Origin: Escherichia phage phiEC1
Length of the DNA stretch: 64,000 nt
Strand: one strand, 5' to 3'
Sequence record: KY608965.1
Shown: positions 23,277-32,687 of the stretch, in pieces
How the letters are laid out: every line of letters starts with the position of its first letter
Numbering within the stretch: the stretch's first letter is position 1
Program-made: the position numbers and the translations under genes
Notes under the pieces: model-generated
Databases searched by the model: none
The model's input: only the letters and a program-made list of their open reading frames with translations
Told to the model about the DNA's origin: nothing

Positions 23277-24560
23277 ATGAGTAAAATCCAAAAATTATTG
23301 CGTGAATCTACAACGTCTACTAGCAACTCAATCGGTCGCCCAAATCTCGTTGCTTTGACTCGCGCTACGACTAAATTAATATATTCTGACATTGTGGCAA
23401 CACAAAGAACTAATCAACCTGTTGCTGCTTTTTATGGTATTAAATATCTTAACCCAGACAACGAATTAACATTTAAAACTGGTGCTACTTATGCAGGCGA
23501 AGCTGGATATGTAGACCGAGAAAAAATTACTGAGCTCACAGAAGAATCAAAAGTCACACTAAATAAAGGTGATTTTTTCAAATATAATAATATCGTCTAT
23601 AAAGTGTTAGAAGATACGCCGTTTGCAGATATTCAGGAAAGTGATCTAGAATTAGCTCTTCAGATTGCGGTCGTTCATTTAAAGGTACGGCTATTTTCAG
23701 ATGCAGCGGTAACAAGCAAATTTGAAAGCTCTGGTAGCGAAATTTCTGATGCAAGATTCCAGATTAATAAATGGCAAACTTCAGTCAAATCTCGTAAACT
23801 TAAAACCGGCCTCACGGTTGAATTAGCGCAAGATTTAGAAGCGAATGGATTTGATGCCCCTAACTTCTTAGAAGATTTGCTTGCTACTGAAATGGCTGAT
23901 GAAATTAATAAAGATATTCTTCAGTCTTTAATTACTGTATCTAAACGTTATAAAGTTACTGGAATTACTGACACCGGATTTATTGACTTGAGTTATGCAT
24001 CTGCTCCGGAAGCAGGTCGTTCGTTATATCGAATGGTGTGTGAAATGGTTTCGCATATCCAAAAAGAGTCAACTTATACTGCAACGTTTTGCGTAGCTTC
24101 AGCTCGTGCAGCTGCTATTCTTGCTGCTTCTGGTTGGTTAAAACATAAGCCGGAAGATGATAAGTATCTTTCACAAAATGCTTATGGATTCTTGGCAAAT
24201 GGATTACCTCTTTACTGCGATACCAACAGTCCGTTAGATTATGTTATTGTGGGTGTTGTAGAAAATATCGGCGAAAAAGAGATTGTAGGGTCCATCTTTT
24301 ATGCTCCATACACTGAAGGAATGGATTTAGACGACCCGGAACATGTCGGTGCATTTAAAGTTGTAGTTGATCCGGAAAGCTTACAACCGTCTATAGGTTT
24401 ATTGGTTAGATATGCTTTATCAGCAAATCCTTACACAGTAGCAAAAGATGAAAAAGAAGCGAGAGTAATTGATGGCGGGGACATGGATAAAATGGCAGGA
24501 CGTTCAGACTTGTCTGTTTTACTCGGTGTTAAATTGCCTAAAATTATTATAGATGAATAA
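23277..24560 (+). CDS. 24: Capsid vertex protein gp24
   Basis: 427 aa as in T4 gp24; late promoter 23243..23250. Confidence 0.95.
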   Translation: MSKIQKLLRESTTSTSNSIGRPNLVALTRATTKLIYSDIVATQRTNQPVAAFYGIKYLNPDNELTFKTGATYAGEAGYVDREKITELTEESKVTLNKGDFFKYNNIVYKVLEDTPFADIQESDLELALQIAVVHLKVRLFSDAAVTSKFESSGSEISDARFQINKWQTSVKSRKLKTGLTVELAQDLEANGFDAPNFLEDLLATEMADEINKDILQSLITVSKRYKVTGITDTGFIDLSYASAPEAGRSLYRMVCEMVSHIQKESTYTATFCVASARAAAILAASGWLKHKPEDDKYLSQNAYGFLANGLPLYCDTNSPLDYVIVGVVENIGEKEIVGSIFYAPYTEGMDLDDPEHVGAFKVVVDPESLQPSIGLLVRYALSANPYTVAKDEKEARVIDGGDMDKMAGRSDLSVLLGVKLPKIIIDE

Positions 24561-24563
24561 ACG

Positions 24564-24590
24564 AAAAAGGGACCGTAAGGTCCCTTTTTT
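24564..24590. terminator. Bidirectional terminator between gene 24 (+) and rnlB (-)
   Basis: AAAAA-GGGACC-GTAA-GGTCCC-TTTTTT. Confidence 0.85.
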
Positions 24591-24591
24591 G

Positions 24592-25590
24592 TTATGATAC
24601 TAATTCAATCCATGCAGGACGCAGAACATCTTGCACCATTCTAATTAATTCTTTCTTAACAAGACTCGGGTCATTGGATGATGTTAATACAATACCTTCA
24701 CGAGAAGTTTCTTCTAGAATATCTTTAACAGTCAATCCAGTCACTTTACCGAAATCTTTTGGCGTTACAGTCCCAATCTTAGAAATCACATTGTTAACAC
24801 GATTTAGTGTAACATAACAAGCTAGAACATCAAGCAAGTTTTTGTCAATTTCAGTTAATTGAACCTTAGTTTTAATAGGCTTATCAGACTTTTTCTTTTC
24901 ACTGAATTTAGAGTTCTTGCACTTAATCGCTACACGAGTACCGTTTGGCAGCCATTTAGGGAAACAAGGCTTCAGAACATAACCTTCTGCAGTATTATCA
25001 CCAATAACATTAGCATCAAATACACAATTATTTGCTTCGACAAGGTCTTCCGATGCCGTAGCGTTATAAGCGGCTAAGACGGAATCAAGGTCATTTGGAA
25101 TCATGATAAGAGAATCAAATGTTCCACGTCCAAGCATTGGTGCCATTTTAAAGCCGAATTCATTACAGAAATCTTGCATTTCGTAATCGGTCAAATACGT
25201 ATTATCACCACTTTCTGTATTGATAATGATATCGAACACATAAAAATCTTTTTCACCGTAGTCAACACCTTTCTGGATTCCACCACCAGCGAATTCACCG
25301 AATACTTGATATGATACGGCTCGAGCTGTGTACATGACTTCTTGAACGGCTTTAATAGCCTTATCATACTTCTTGAGTACGATTTCATAACCATAAAAAT
25401 CTTCTGCTGGAAGAATAGGGCCTGTGCGCTTGGCGCATGTGACGTTGTCACGTTCAATTATTAACGAGAAGTTGGTCCCGTGGATTTTCTCACGTGCTAC
25501 CCAAACACCAGTAGTCAAACCATTAGTGTAGAGTTTTTCAATAAACTTAGAGTTGTAGTGGTTTTCAAGACTGCTGTATTTCTTAAACAT
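24592..25590 (-). CDS. rnlB: RNA ligase 2 (RnlB)
   Basis: 332 aa; matches recalled T4 Rnl2 ([21 protein letters not shown]…); nucleotidyltransferase lysine motif KIHGTN. Confidence 0.93.
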   Translation of the reverse strand: MFKKYSSLENHYNSKFIEKLYTNGLTTGVWVAREKIHGTNFSLIIERDNVTCAKRTGPILPAEDFYGYEIVLKKYDKAIKAVQEVMYTARAVSYQVFGEFAGGGIQKGVDYGEKDFYVFDIIINTESGDNTYLTDYEMQDFCNEFGFKMAPMLGRGTFDSLIMIPNDLDSVLAAYNATASEDLVEANNCVFDANVIGDNTAEGYVLKPCFPKWLPNGTRVAIKCKNSKFSEKKKSDKPIKTKVQLTEIDKNLLDVLACYVTLNRVNNVISKIGTVTPKDFGKVTGLTVKDILEETSREGIVLTSSNDPSLVKKELIRMVQDVLRPAWIELVS

Positions 25591-25681
25591 AAATCACCAT
25601 TATAAATAATAATATCAAAATAATTAGCAGAGACTCTATCTCCGACCCGATGTTTAATTTGAATGGATAGAACCTAGATTC

Positions 25682-25709
25682 ATTATACCATCAAAAAATG
25701 TAAAGCATA
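25682..25709 (-). promoter_or_regulatory. Middle (MotA-dependent) promoter upstream of rnlB
   Basis: On - strand TATGCTTTA (MotA box) then 13 nt then TATAAT. Confidence 0.6.
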
Positions 25710-25961
25710 TTAGAACTTGATTTCTATCCAATGTCCATCACGTTGGTCGTGATTAATTTTGTACTGAAAGCCGTTATCACGAAGCCATTGACCGATTTGC
25801 TCGGTGATAGTTAAATCATTCTTTGACGGATAGTACGTGAATTGTGTCTGGCCTTTGTCAGCGGCTTTCTCTGCCATCACAGAGAAGTTAGTAATAAAAT
25901 CACTCAACAAATTGGCCTTAGTGGCCAGAGCCCTTTCTCTTAATTCCTGTGCAAAACTCAT
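25710..25961 (-). CDS. Hypothetical protein (position of T4 24.2)
   Basis: 83-aa ORF with ATG; synteny between rnlB and hoc. Confidence 0.55.
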   Translation of the reverse strand: MSFAQELRERALATKANLLSDFITNFSVMAEKAADKGQTQFTYYPSKNDLTITEQIGQWLRDNGFQYKINHDQRDGHWIEIKF

Positions 25962-26152
25962 TTCTTCACCTTTTTGTTAATCAAACGTTTACGGTATACA
26001 ACTTTTTCTTTTGCTTTAAACTTTGACCGAGCTGTCTCGGCTTTAGTCCATAGTAATCCAACTTCTTTAGGTTGTAAACCAATTTTTTGAGCAATTTCTA
26101 CGAATGAAAATCCCGCCTCATGTAATGTATAAACTTCAACTTCAGCTCTCAT
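25958..26152 (-). CDS. Hypothetical small basic protein (position of T4 24.3)
   Basis: 64-aa ORF, ATGA-type overlap with downstream ORF; Lys-rich C-terminus. Confidence 0.5.
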   Translation of the reverse strand: MRAEVEVYTLHEAGFSFVEIAQKIGLQPKEVGLLWTKAETARSKFKAKEKVVYRKRLINKKVKK

Positions 26153-26220
26153 AATCGATCCCGTATTATTTGGTTTGTGCCATTATATACATCAATCTCA
26201 AGTTGTGTTTTGTATGCTTT

Positions 26221-26247
26221 AAAAACGAAGAAAGGGGCCGAAGCCCC
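26221..26247 (-). terminator. Rho-independent terminator after hoc
   Basis: On - strand GGGGC-TTCG-GCCCC followed by TTTCTTCGTTTTT. Confidence 0.75.
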
Positions 26248-26253
26248 TTACGA

Positions 26254-27384
26254 TTATGGATATGTATAGATGATACCAGTTTCTAAAGCAGTTTTATTGA
26301 TGACGTATCCATTACGTGATTCTTGAACATCAACTTCCGGATAGTCTTTCATCATCTTCTGAAGCGTATAACGATGCAGGTAGTATTTACTATCTAGATC
26401 GTCAATTTTCCAATCTTTACCTTCTTCAGTCATTTTTTGGATTTCATCCATAACCCACCAACCGCACCAGATGTAAGCTGAAGTACGATGTGGAAGAGGA
26501 TGAACATAAGGTAATTCACCTTCTGGTTCCGGAGCAACTTTATCAGTCACTTGAACTTGACCTTCTGCTGTAATAGTTTTGCTATCATAGTCATCTGCAG
26601 TAACGATGGCAGTCACTTCAATAGTTTGACTTCCAACAGATGAAGTATCAACGGTATATACATTAGTTGACCCTTCTACAGGAGAAGAATCTTTCTTCCA
26701 TGAATATTCAATTTGCGCTTCTTCTGGGGCATCAGTGACATTAACAGTAAATGTAGCTGAAGCATCTTGCTGAACGTTAATAGAAGGAGGAGTCAATGTA
26801 ACCTGTGGATTCATTGTCTTCTTATTAACCGTTAATGATACTTCATTCGAAGTAACTTCCTTTGCATCATAATCTGTCGCAGTTACTTGAGCTACACATT
26901 TAATTCTTTTTACTCCACTTGTAGTTGGAGTATAGCTAAATGTAGAGTTAGTTTCTCCACCAACCTGTGAATCATCTACATACCACTGATACGTAGCAGA
27001 CGCTCCAGCCGGTTGAGAAGCTAAGGCAGCAGTAAATTGAACTGGGGTTCCAATTACTCCAGCTGAAGGACTATTGGGAGTTACTGCCAACGTAGTTGTC
27101 TGAGTTTTATTTTTAACCGTGATAGTCGTAGTAATTTCTGCCGTTTCAGCGTCAGTATCAGGAATAGTATTTGTTGCAACAACTTTAATTGTTTTTGTTC
27201 CGGCAGGTCCTTTTAACACATAATCAAAAGTTTCTGCCGATCCTACTTGAGGAGCATCATCCACAGTCCAAGCATATGTAATAGTTCCACCTTCAGTTTC
27301 ACCACTGGGAGTGGCAGTAAACTGCTTAGTCTCATCTATAACTCCAGTAGGTGTTTTAGGAGTTATATCAACTGTAAAAGCCAT
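26254..27384 (-). CDS. hoc: Highly immunogenic outer capsid protein Hoc (Ig-like domains)
   Basis: 376 aa as in T4 Hoc; matches recalled T4 Hoc including C-terminal capsid-binding region (…ELPYVHPLPHR…WCGWWVMDEIQ…). Confidence 0.93.
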   Translation of the reverse strand: MAFTVDITPKTPTGVIDETKQFTATPSGETEGGTITYAWTVDDAPQVGSAETFDYVLKGPAGTKTIKVVATNTIPDTDAETAEITTTITVKNKTQTTTLAVTPNSPSAGVIGTPVQFTAALASQPAGASATYQWYVDDSQVGGETNSTFSYTPTTSGVKRIKCVAQVTATDYDAKEVTSNEVSLTVNKKTMNPQVTLTPPSINVQQDASATFTVNVTDAPEEAQIEYSWKKDSSPVEGSTNVYTVDTSSVGSQTIEVTAIVTADDYDSKTITAEGQVQVTDKVAPEPEGELPYVHPLPHRTSAYIWCGWWVMDEIQKMTEEGKDWKIDDLDSKYYLHRYTLQKMMKDYPEVDVQESRNGYVINKTALETGIIYTYP

Positions 27385-27393
27385 AAGTTATCC

Positions 27394-28062
27394 TTATTTT
27401 AATGTTACGAAAGAAGAATTACGAGTTTCACGAATTAGGACTGATCCATCGCGATTAATATAATAAATTAAGCTAAATAATGTTTGGTGAGCAGAAGCAT
27501 GCACAAAACTAGTTGGGCGGGATTTCCAATCAGGTGTTTCGGCTATCCATTGATAAATCCACCAAGGAACAGTAACATACCCTGGGCCTTTGCCTAATTT
27601 AATAAGTGTAGGACTAAAATTTTCAGGCAGAACAAATTTTACTTCTTTATTTACCTCTGACTCAGGCTCTTTTTCAGATTCAACAACCTGAGTAATTGCT
27701 TCTTCGAATATATCATGGTCGAATTCTTTTTCTTGTTCGACAACTTCTAATACTTCAACTTGTTCTGTTGGAGAATCAAACAACAGAATAGCTTCTTCTT
27801 TAACCTCTTCGTTGGTGAAATTAACACCGTCCACATCATCTGCGGCAGTAATTAAATCGGTGATAGATAATCCATCAGTTTCAGGTAACGGTTCATCAGC
27901 CAGTGCGTTAAGAGCTTCTTCAATATCAATAACAATATTATCGAATGATTTTGTTTTCTTAACACTAATGCCAAATTGTTCCGCATATTCAAACAGTTTA
28001 GCTTTGGCTTCCTTTTTATCGGAAAGAGCACGTAACTCTTCAATATAGTCTTTATCGATCAT
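27394..28062 (-). CDS. inh: Inhibitor of prohead protease (Inh)
   Basis: 222 aa acidic protein at the T4 inh position between hoc and uvsW. Confidence 0.7.
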   Translation of the reverse strand: MIDKDYIEELRALSDKKEAKAKLFEYAEQFGISVKKTKSFDNIVIDIEEALNALADEPLPETDGLSITDLITAADDVDGVNFTNEEVKEEAILLFDSPTEQVEVLEVVEQEKEFDHDIFEEAITQVVESEKEPESEVNKEVKFVLPENFSPTLIKLGKGPGYVTVPWWIYQWIAETPDWKSRPTSFVHASAHQTLFSLIYYINRDGSVLIRETRNSSFVTLK

Positions 28063-28075
28063 AGTATTTCCTCAT

Positions 28076-28083
28076 TATAAATA
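28076..28083 (+). promoter_or_regulatory. Late promoter (TATAAATA) for uvsW
   Basis: Exact TATAAATA 29 nt upstream of the uvsW ATG. Confidence 0.7.
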
Positions 28084-28112
28084 TAACTATATTTATTACA
28101 TGGTAATTTGAC

Positions 28113-29627
28113 ATGACTGACATTAAAGTACATTTTCATGATTTTAGTCACGTTCGCATTGAATGCGACGAAAGTACGTTTTACGAACTTCGTGACTTTT
28201 TTAGCTTTGAAGCTGACGGGTATAAATTTAACCCAAAATATCGCTATGGGCAATGGGATGGTAGAATTAGACTTTTAGATTACAATCGTTTGTTACCATA
28301 TGGACTTGTAGGTCAAATAAAAAAGTTCTGTAACAATATGAGTTATTCTGTATGGATTGACCCTAAAATCTTTGAGACTGAAGACCTTACCAGGGAAGAT
28401 TTTGACGCATGGCTTTCTAAACAAGAAATTTATTCGGGCAACACCAAAATCGAACCACATTGGTATCAAAAAGATGCAGTATATGAAGGACTAGTTAATC
28501 GTCGTCGAATTTTAAACCTTCCGACATCAGCAGGTAAATCACTAATCCAAGCACTTTTAGCTCGGTATTATCTAGAGAACTATGAAGGTAAAATTCTCAT
28601 TATCGTCCCTACAACAGCATTGACAACCCAGATGGCTAATGATTTTGTTGATTATAGCTTGTTTAGTCATTCGATGATTAAGAAAATTGGCGGTGGTGCT
28701 GATAAAGCGGACAAATCTAAAAACGACGCTCCAATTATTGTTGGCACATGGCAAACGGTAGTTAAGCAGCCTAAAGAATGGTTCTCTCAGTTCGGTATGA
28801 TGATGAATGATGAATGCCACTTAGCAACAGGCAAAAGTATTTCTTCAATCATCTCAGGATTAAATAATTGCATGTTTAAATTCGGTTTATCTGGCTCATT
28901 AAGAGACGGAAAAGCCAATGTAATGCAGTACGTAGGTATGTTCGGCGAAATCTTCCGTCCTGTTAGCACGTCTAAATTAATGGAAGACGGACAGGTAACT
29001 GAGCTTAAGATTAATAGTATTTTCCTTCGTTATCCGGACGAATTCACGGTTAAATTAAAAGGTAAAACATACCAAGAAGAAGTTAAAATTATTACCGGAC
29101 TAAAACGTCGTACAAAGTGGATTGCTCAACTTTCGGTCAAATTGGCTAAGAAAGACGAGAACGCCTTTGTAATGTTTAAACACGTTACACACGGTAAAGA
29201 AATATTTGAAGCTATTAAAGAGCTTGGATACGAAAAAGTTTATTACGTATCGGGTGAAGTTGATACTGAAACACGTAACGCGCTTAAAGTCATGGCAGAA
29301 AATGGTAAAGGCATTATTATTGTCGCATCATATGGAGTATTCTCTACTGGTATTTCAGTCAAGAATCTTCATCATGTTATTTTTGCCCATGGTGTTAAAT
29401 CAAAAATTATCGTACTTCAAACCGTAGGTCGTGTGCTTCGTAAGCACGGTTCTAAAGCTGTTGCTACAGTTTGGGATCTCATCGATGACGCAGGTGTAAA
29501 ACCTAAATCATTAAATACTAAAAAGAAGTATACTCATCTTAATTACTTGTTAAAACACGGTATTGATCGTATCCAGCGTTACGCTGATGAGAAATTTAAC
29601 TATGTAATGAAAACAATTAATTTATAA
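28113..29627 (+). CDS. uvsW: UvsW DNA/RNA helicase (SF2)
   Basis: 504 aa; Walker A PTSAGKS, DECH box; matches recalled T4 UvsW. Confidence 0.95.
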   Translation: MTDIKVHFHDFSHVRIECDESTFYELRDFFSFEADGYKFNPKYRYGQWDGRIRLLDYNRLLPYGLVGQIKKFCNNMSYSVWIDPKIFETEDLTREDFDAWLSKQEIYSGNTKIEPHWYQKDAVYEGLVNRRRILNLPTSAGKSLIQALLARYYLENYEGKILIIVPTTALTTQMANDFVDYSLFSHSMIKKIGGGADKADKSKNDAPIIVGTWQTVVKQPKEWFSQFGMMMNDECHLATGKSISSIISGLNNCMFKFGLSGSLRDGKANVMQYVGMFGEIFRPVSTSKLMEDGQVTELKINSIFLRYPDEFTVKLKGKTYQEEVKIITGLKRRTKWIAQLSVKLAKKDENAFVMFKHVTHGKEIFEAIKELGYEKVYYVSGEVDTETRNALKVMAENGKGIIIVASYGVFSTGISVKNLHHVIFAHGVKSKIIVLQTVGRVLRKHGSKAVATVWDLIDDAGVKPKSLNTKKKYTHLNYLLKHGIDRIQRYADEKFNYVMKTINL

Positions 29628-29652
29628 GGGCTTCGGCCCTTAGGAGATAAAA

Positions 29653-29886
29653 ATGGTACTTGAATTTAAACAATTTTTATACGAAGCATCTATTGACGAA
29701 TTCATGGGTAAAATTGCTAGTTGTCATACCTTAGAAGGGCTTGAAGAATTGGAAGCTTATTATAAGAAACGTATAAAAGAAACGGAATTAAAAGATACAG
29801 ATGATATTTCTGTCAGGGATGCCTTAGCAGGTAAGCGTGCCGAACTTGAAGGCGACGATGATGAGGATGAGGAAGAAGACTTCTAA
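29653..29886 (+). CDS. uvsW.1: UvsW.1 helicase accessory protein
   Basis: 77 aa with acidic tail, directly downstream of uvsW as in T4. Confidence 0.85.
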   Translation: MVLEFKQFLYEASIDEFMGKIASCHTLEGLEELEAYYKKRIKETELKDTDDISVRDALAGKRAELEGDDDEDEEEDF

Positions 29887-29888
29887 TT

Positions 29889-29918
29889 AAAAAAAGGCCC
29901 GACCTTTTTGGAAGGGCC
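29889..29918 (-). terminator. Terminator-like hairpin between uvsW.1 and the uvsY operon
   Basis: GGCCC…GGGCC stem; on - strand followed by TTTTTTT. Confidence 0.55.
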
Positions 29919-29944
29919 AAAAACCATAGGCAAAAAAGGTAACA

Positions 29945-30112
29945 CTATAGTAAAAGTTGGGTTTCGTTCAATTGCTCTTCTGAACTTTCTGAAACCGGCA
30001 ATTGTTGTACATAATTATAACAAGGACCAGGATGTGCTGGACCTTTGTCTGTTTCAACAACCAATGCAGAATCGATTGGAGTTTTACAGACAACACAAAT
30101 CTTATCTGACAT
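29945..30112 (-). CDS. Small Cys-rich hypothetical protein (55 aa), not in the supplied ORF track
   Basis: ATG at 30112 preceded by TAGGAGG Shine-Dalgarno; translation MSDKICVVCKTPIDSALVVETDKGPAHPGPCYNYV…; position of T4 uvsY.-1. Confidence 0.55.
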   Translation of the reverse strand: MSDKICVVCKTPIDSALVVETDKGPAHPGPCYNYVQQLPVSESSEEQLNETQLLL

Positions 30113-30144
30113 GATTGCCTCCTAAGTTGAAATTACATATCTAT

Positions 30145-30369
30145 TTATACCATTCGCATGCACATATCGATACCCATATCTTTTGTATAAAAATACTCGT
30201 CGATGTACCCAGCAAACTTCCCTTTAATATAAAGGACGTCTTCGCCACAAGGATGGTCTGCCAGGATACGAATATCCTGACGACGTAGATGATACTTTTC
30301 CATTAAGAATTTAATTTCAGTTTCAAATTCTTCATCATTATTAAAGGCATCTTCAATTGAATAACGCAT
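30145..30369 (-). CDS. Hypothetical protein (position of T4 uvsY.-2)
   Basis: 74-aa ORF; start overlaps uvsY stop (TAATG). Confidence 0.6.
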   Translation of the reverse strand: MRYSIEDAFNNDEEFETEIKFLMEKYHLRRQDIRILADHPCGEDVLYIKGKFAGYIDEYFYTKDMGIDMCMRMV

Positions 30370-30782
30370 TATTGCCCCGCTTCAAATTCTCGCATATCTT
30401 GGATATGTTTAAGTGCAAAACTACGAGACTTAACTGCGTCAAGTGCACCACTACAGAACTCAAGTAAAATTCCCCAGTATTGTAAAGTAGTCTCTATTTT
30501 AAGCACATCTTTATCTGCGGCCAGGACAGTTTTCATTTCAGATTTCTCATATCGGTCCATACTGAATTCATCACCATCACCTCGTCCCGAGTAGTAGTCT
30601 AATCTTGCTTTTAGAGCAGTTTTCTTCTGAGTCTCTATACGCAACATTTCTTTACGAATAAATGAGTGCTTACGTAGCCATTTGCTGTATAACTTAACAT
30701 TATTCGCCGTCTCATATTGCAACTTTGTCGTATCAATAGCTAAGTCTGCGTCTAACTCTTCCTGTAAATCTTCCAGCTTCAT
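30369..30782 (-). CDS. uvsY: UvsY recombination mediator
   Basis: 137 aa from internal ATG (MKLEDLQEEL…) matching T4 UvsY; MotA-type middle promoter upstream. Confidence 0.92.
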   Translation of the reverse strand: MKLEDLQEELDADLAIDTTKLQYETANNVKLYSKWLRKHSFIRKEMLRIETQKKTALKARLDYYSGRGDGDEFSMDRYEKSEMKTVLAADKDVLKIETTLQYWGILLEFCSGALDAVKSRSFALKHIQDMREFEAGQ

Positions 30783-30837
30783 AATGTTCTCTCTTTTAAC
30801 TAATAATCTCCCGGCTGTATCGGAAGGACCTAAAACC

Positions 30838-30864
30838 ATTATACATAGGTTGCCTTGAAGCATT
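30838..30864 (-). promoter_or_regulatory. Middle (MotA-dependent) promoter for uvsY
   Basis: On - strand AATGCTTCA (MotA box) then 12 nt then TATAAT, 55 nt upstream of the uvsY ATG. Confidence 0.7.
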
Positions 30865-31261
30865 ACACTCTATTGCTTGATGCTAACTGAAGTTTGATTT
30901 GTTCGATATCATCAGGGTTATCTACGACCGAAAATCTAATCTCTACTATAACTGTATAGTCATCATATACTGGCATTACACTTACAGAAAGTTTGTCGAT
31001 GCGCGGCTCATAGTTACGGACGGCTGCCTGGATATTACGCTCAATCGTATCAGCTGTAAGTGGTGTCATGTTCTCGAAAAGTTCATCAACCAAATCGCAT
31101 CCAAATTCAGGGTCGAAGGGGCGTGAGCCTTTTCTAGTTGTCACTATACCAAGAAGACTATTTTTAATAGAACGAAGTCCTACAGAACGAGCAACGTCCT
31201 TGTTCCAATCCATACGCATTTCTGGGTCGATATCTGAATAAAGTTTATTGATATTAGACAT
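30863..31261 (-). CDS. 25: Baseplate wedge protein gp25
   Basis: 132 aa as in T4 gp25; synteny. Confidence 0.92.
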   Translation of the reverse strand: MSNINKLYSDIDPEMRMDWNKDVARSVGLRSIKNSLLGIVTTRKGSRPFDPEFGCDLVDELFENMTPLTADTIERNIQAAVRNYEPRIDKLSVSVMPVYDDYTVIVEIRFSVVDNPDDIEQIKLQLASSNRV

Positions 31262-31887
31262 TATAGTAACTCAAAGAATTCTTTGAGGCCTCGTATTGTG
31301 TGAACGTGTGACGCCCCACATTTGGGACATTTAATAGGCGTTGCCAGATAAATTGATGGCGATACCAAAAGATTTTTAATATTGATCATGTCATCTTCTG
31401 TTATAAGGCCGTAAAGGTCGTTTATTTCGGCTTCAGTTAAATCTTCAACAGGGATGGACTCTCCATTGACAAAAACGGCCTCAATACATGAAGCAATCAT
31501 TAATGCGATATTTTTATCGTCAAATAATTTAGGTTGGCGGAACTTAATTTTAATACCACTAAACGAATACCAGGGATCGGCCTGTTCATCCAATTGAGTA
31601 TGCAATAAATTCATATAGACTTGAAATGAATGCCCACAGGAACAATTCCAGGTGTGTTCTTGATTCACTTCACCTAACGAATGTGCCCACAGATTTACCA
31701 ACAATAGCTCGGCTTCTTGTTTAGTCAAGTTTTTAGCATTAGAGCAATTAGTGATAATATTGTTCACTGCTGATTCAATAGTACCGGTAGCCCGCGCACC
31801 TATGAGTCCTAAATATTCTTTTAAAGTAAAGGCTCTACAATTCACTTCTTTATCGCCTAAACGTACGGTAAACGTATATTTGTACAT
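31261..31887 (-). CDS. 26: Baseplate hub protein gp26
   Basis: 208 aa as in T4 gp26; late promoter on - strand at 31906..31913. Confidence 0.9.
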   Translation of the reverse strand: MYKYTFTVRLGDKEVNCRAFTLKEYLGLIGARATGTIESAVNNIITNCSNAKNLTKQEAELLLVNLWAHSLGEVNQEHTWNCSCGHSFQVYMNLLHTQLDEQADPWYSFSGIKIKFRQPKLFDDKNIALMIASCIEAVFVNGESIPVEDLTEAEINDLYGLITEDDMINIKNLLVSPSIYLATPIKCPKCGASHVHTIRGLKEFFELL

Positions 31888-31905
31888 GTTAACTCCTTTA
31901 TTGTT

Positions 31906-31917
31906 TATTTATAAATA
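31906..31917. promoter_or_regulatory. Overlapping divergent late promoters for gene 26 (-) and gene 51 (+)
   Basis: TATTTATAAATA reads TATAAATA on both strands (31906..31913 on -, 31910..31917 on +). Confidence 0.7.
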
Positions 31918-31934
31918 ATAGAAAAGGAGTAATT

Positions 31935-32687
31935 ATGGCTAATATAATTCGTTGTAAATTACCGGATGGTGTTCATCGTTTCAAGCCGTTCACCGTGGCG
32001 GATTATAGAGACTTTTTACTAGTTAGAAATGACATCGAACATCGTTCACCACAAGAACAAAAAGAAATAATTGCCGATCTGATTGATGATTATTTTAATG
32101 AATACCCTAAAACATGGCAACCATTTATATTCTTGCAAGTTTTTGCAGGCTCTATAGGCAAAACAAAAGTTCCCGTTATTTTCACTTGCCCTAAATGCTC
32201 TAAAGAAAAAACTGCACCATTTGAGATATATCAAAAAGAACTAGTCGAACCTGAACTTGATGTTGCTGGTATAAAAATACGTTTTTCTTTCCCTGAAAAG
32301 TTTTATGACAACAAAGCATTAATGATAAGTGAAAACATAAAAGAAGTATATTATAACGATGAATGGTACCCATGGAATGATTTGACTGAAGAGAACCAAA
32401 TCCAAGTAATAGAAGCAATAGACATTGACTCACTCGAGAAGGTTATTGCTTCTATGAACCCTATTAATTTGACCCTTAGATTAGGTTGTTGTGAACGTCA
32501 TGTTAAAACATATACTGATATCTTAGAGGTTTTTAAATTGTTAGTTAACCCTGATGAGATTTTTACATTCTATCAGATAAACCATTCACTAGTAAAGAGT
32601 CAATACACATTGGATTCTATTATGCAAATGATTCCTGTTGAACGTGGTATTGCTTTAACATTAGTAGAAAAGGACCATAAAAAATGA
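31935..32687 (+). CDS. 51: Baseplate hub assembly catalyst gp51
   Basis: 250 aa (T4 gp51 is 249 aa); late promoter 31910..31917; AAGGAG Shine-Dalgarno. Confidence 0.9.
   Translation: MANIIRCKLPDGVHRFKPFTVADYRDFLLVRNDIEHRSPQEQKEIIADLIDDYFNEYPKTWQPFIFLQVFAGSIGKTKVPVIFTCPKCSKEKTAPFEIYQKELVEPELDVAGIKIRFSFPEKFYDNKALMISENIKEVYYNDEWYPWNDLTEENQIQVIEAIDIDSLEKVIASMNPINLTLRLGCCERHVKTYTDILEVFKLLVNPDEIFTFYQINHSLVKSQYTLDSIMQMIPVERGIALTLVEKDHKK

Noticed and set aside
29908-30114. 68-aa + strand ORF after uvsW.1
   Set aside because: Overlaps the terminator region and the better-supported - strand 55-aa ORF with a strong Shine-Dalgarno; no ribosome-binding site of its own.
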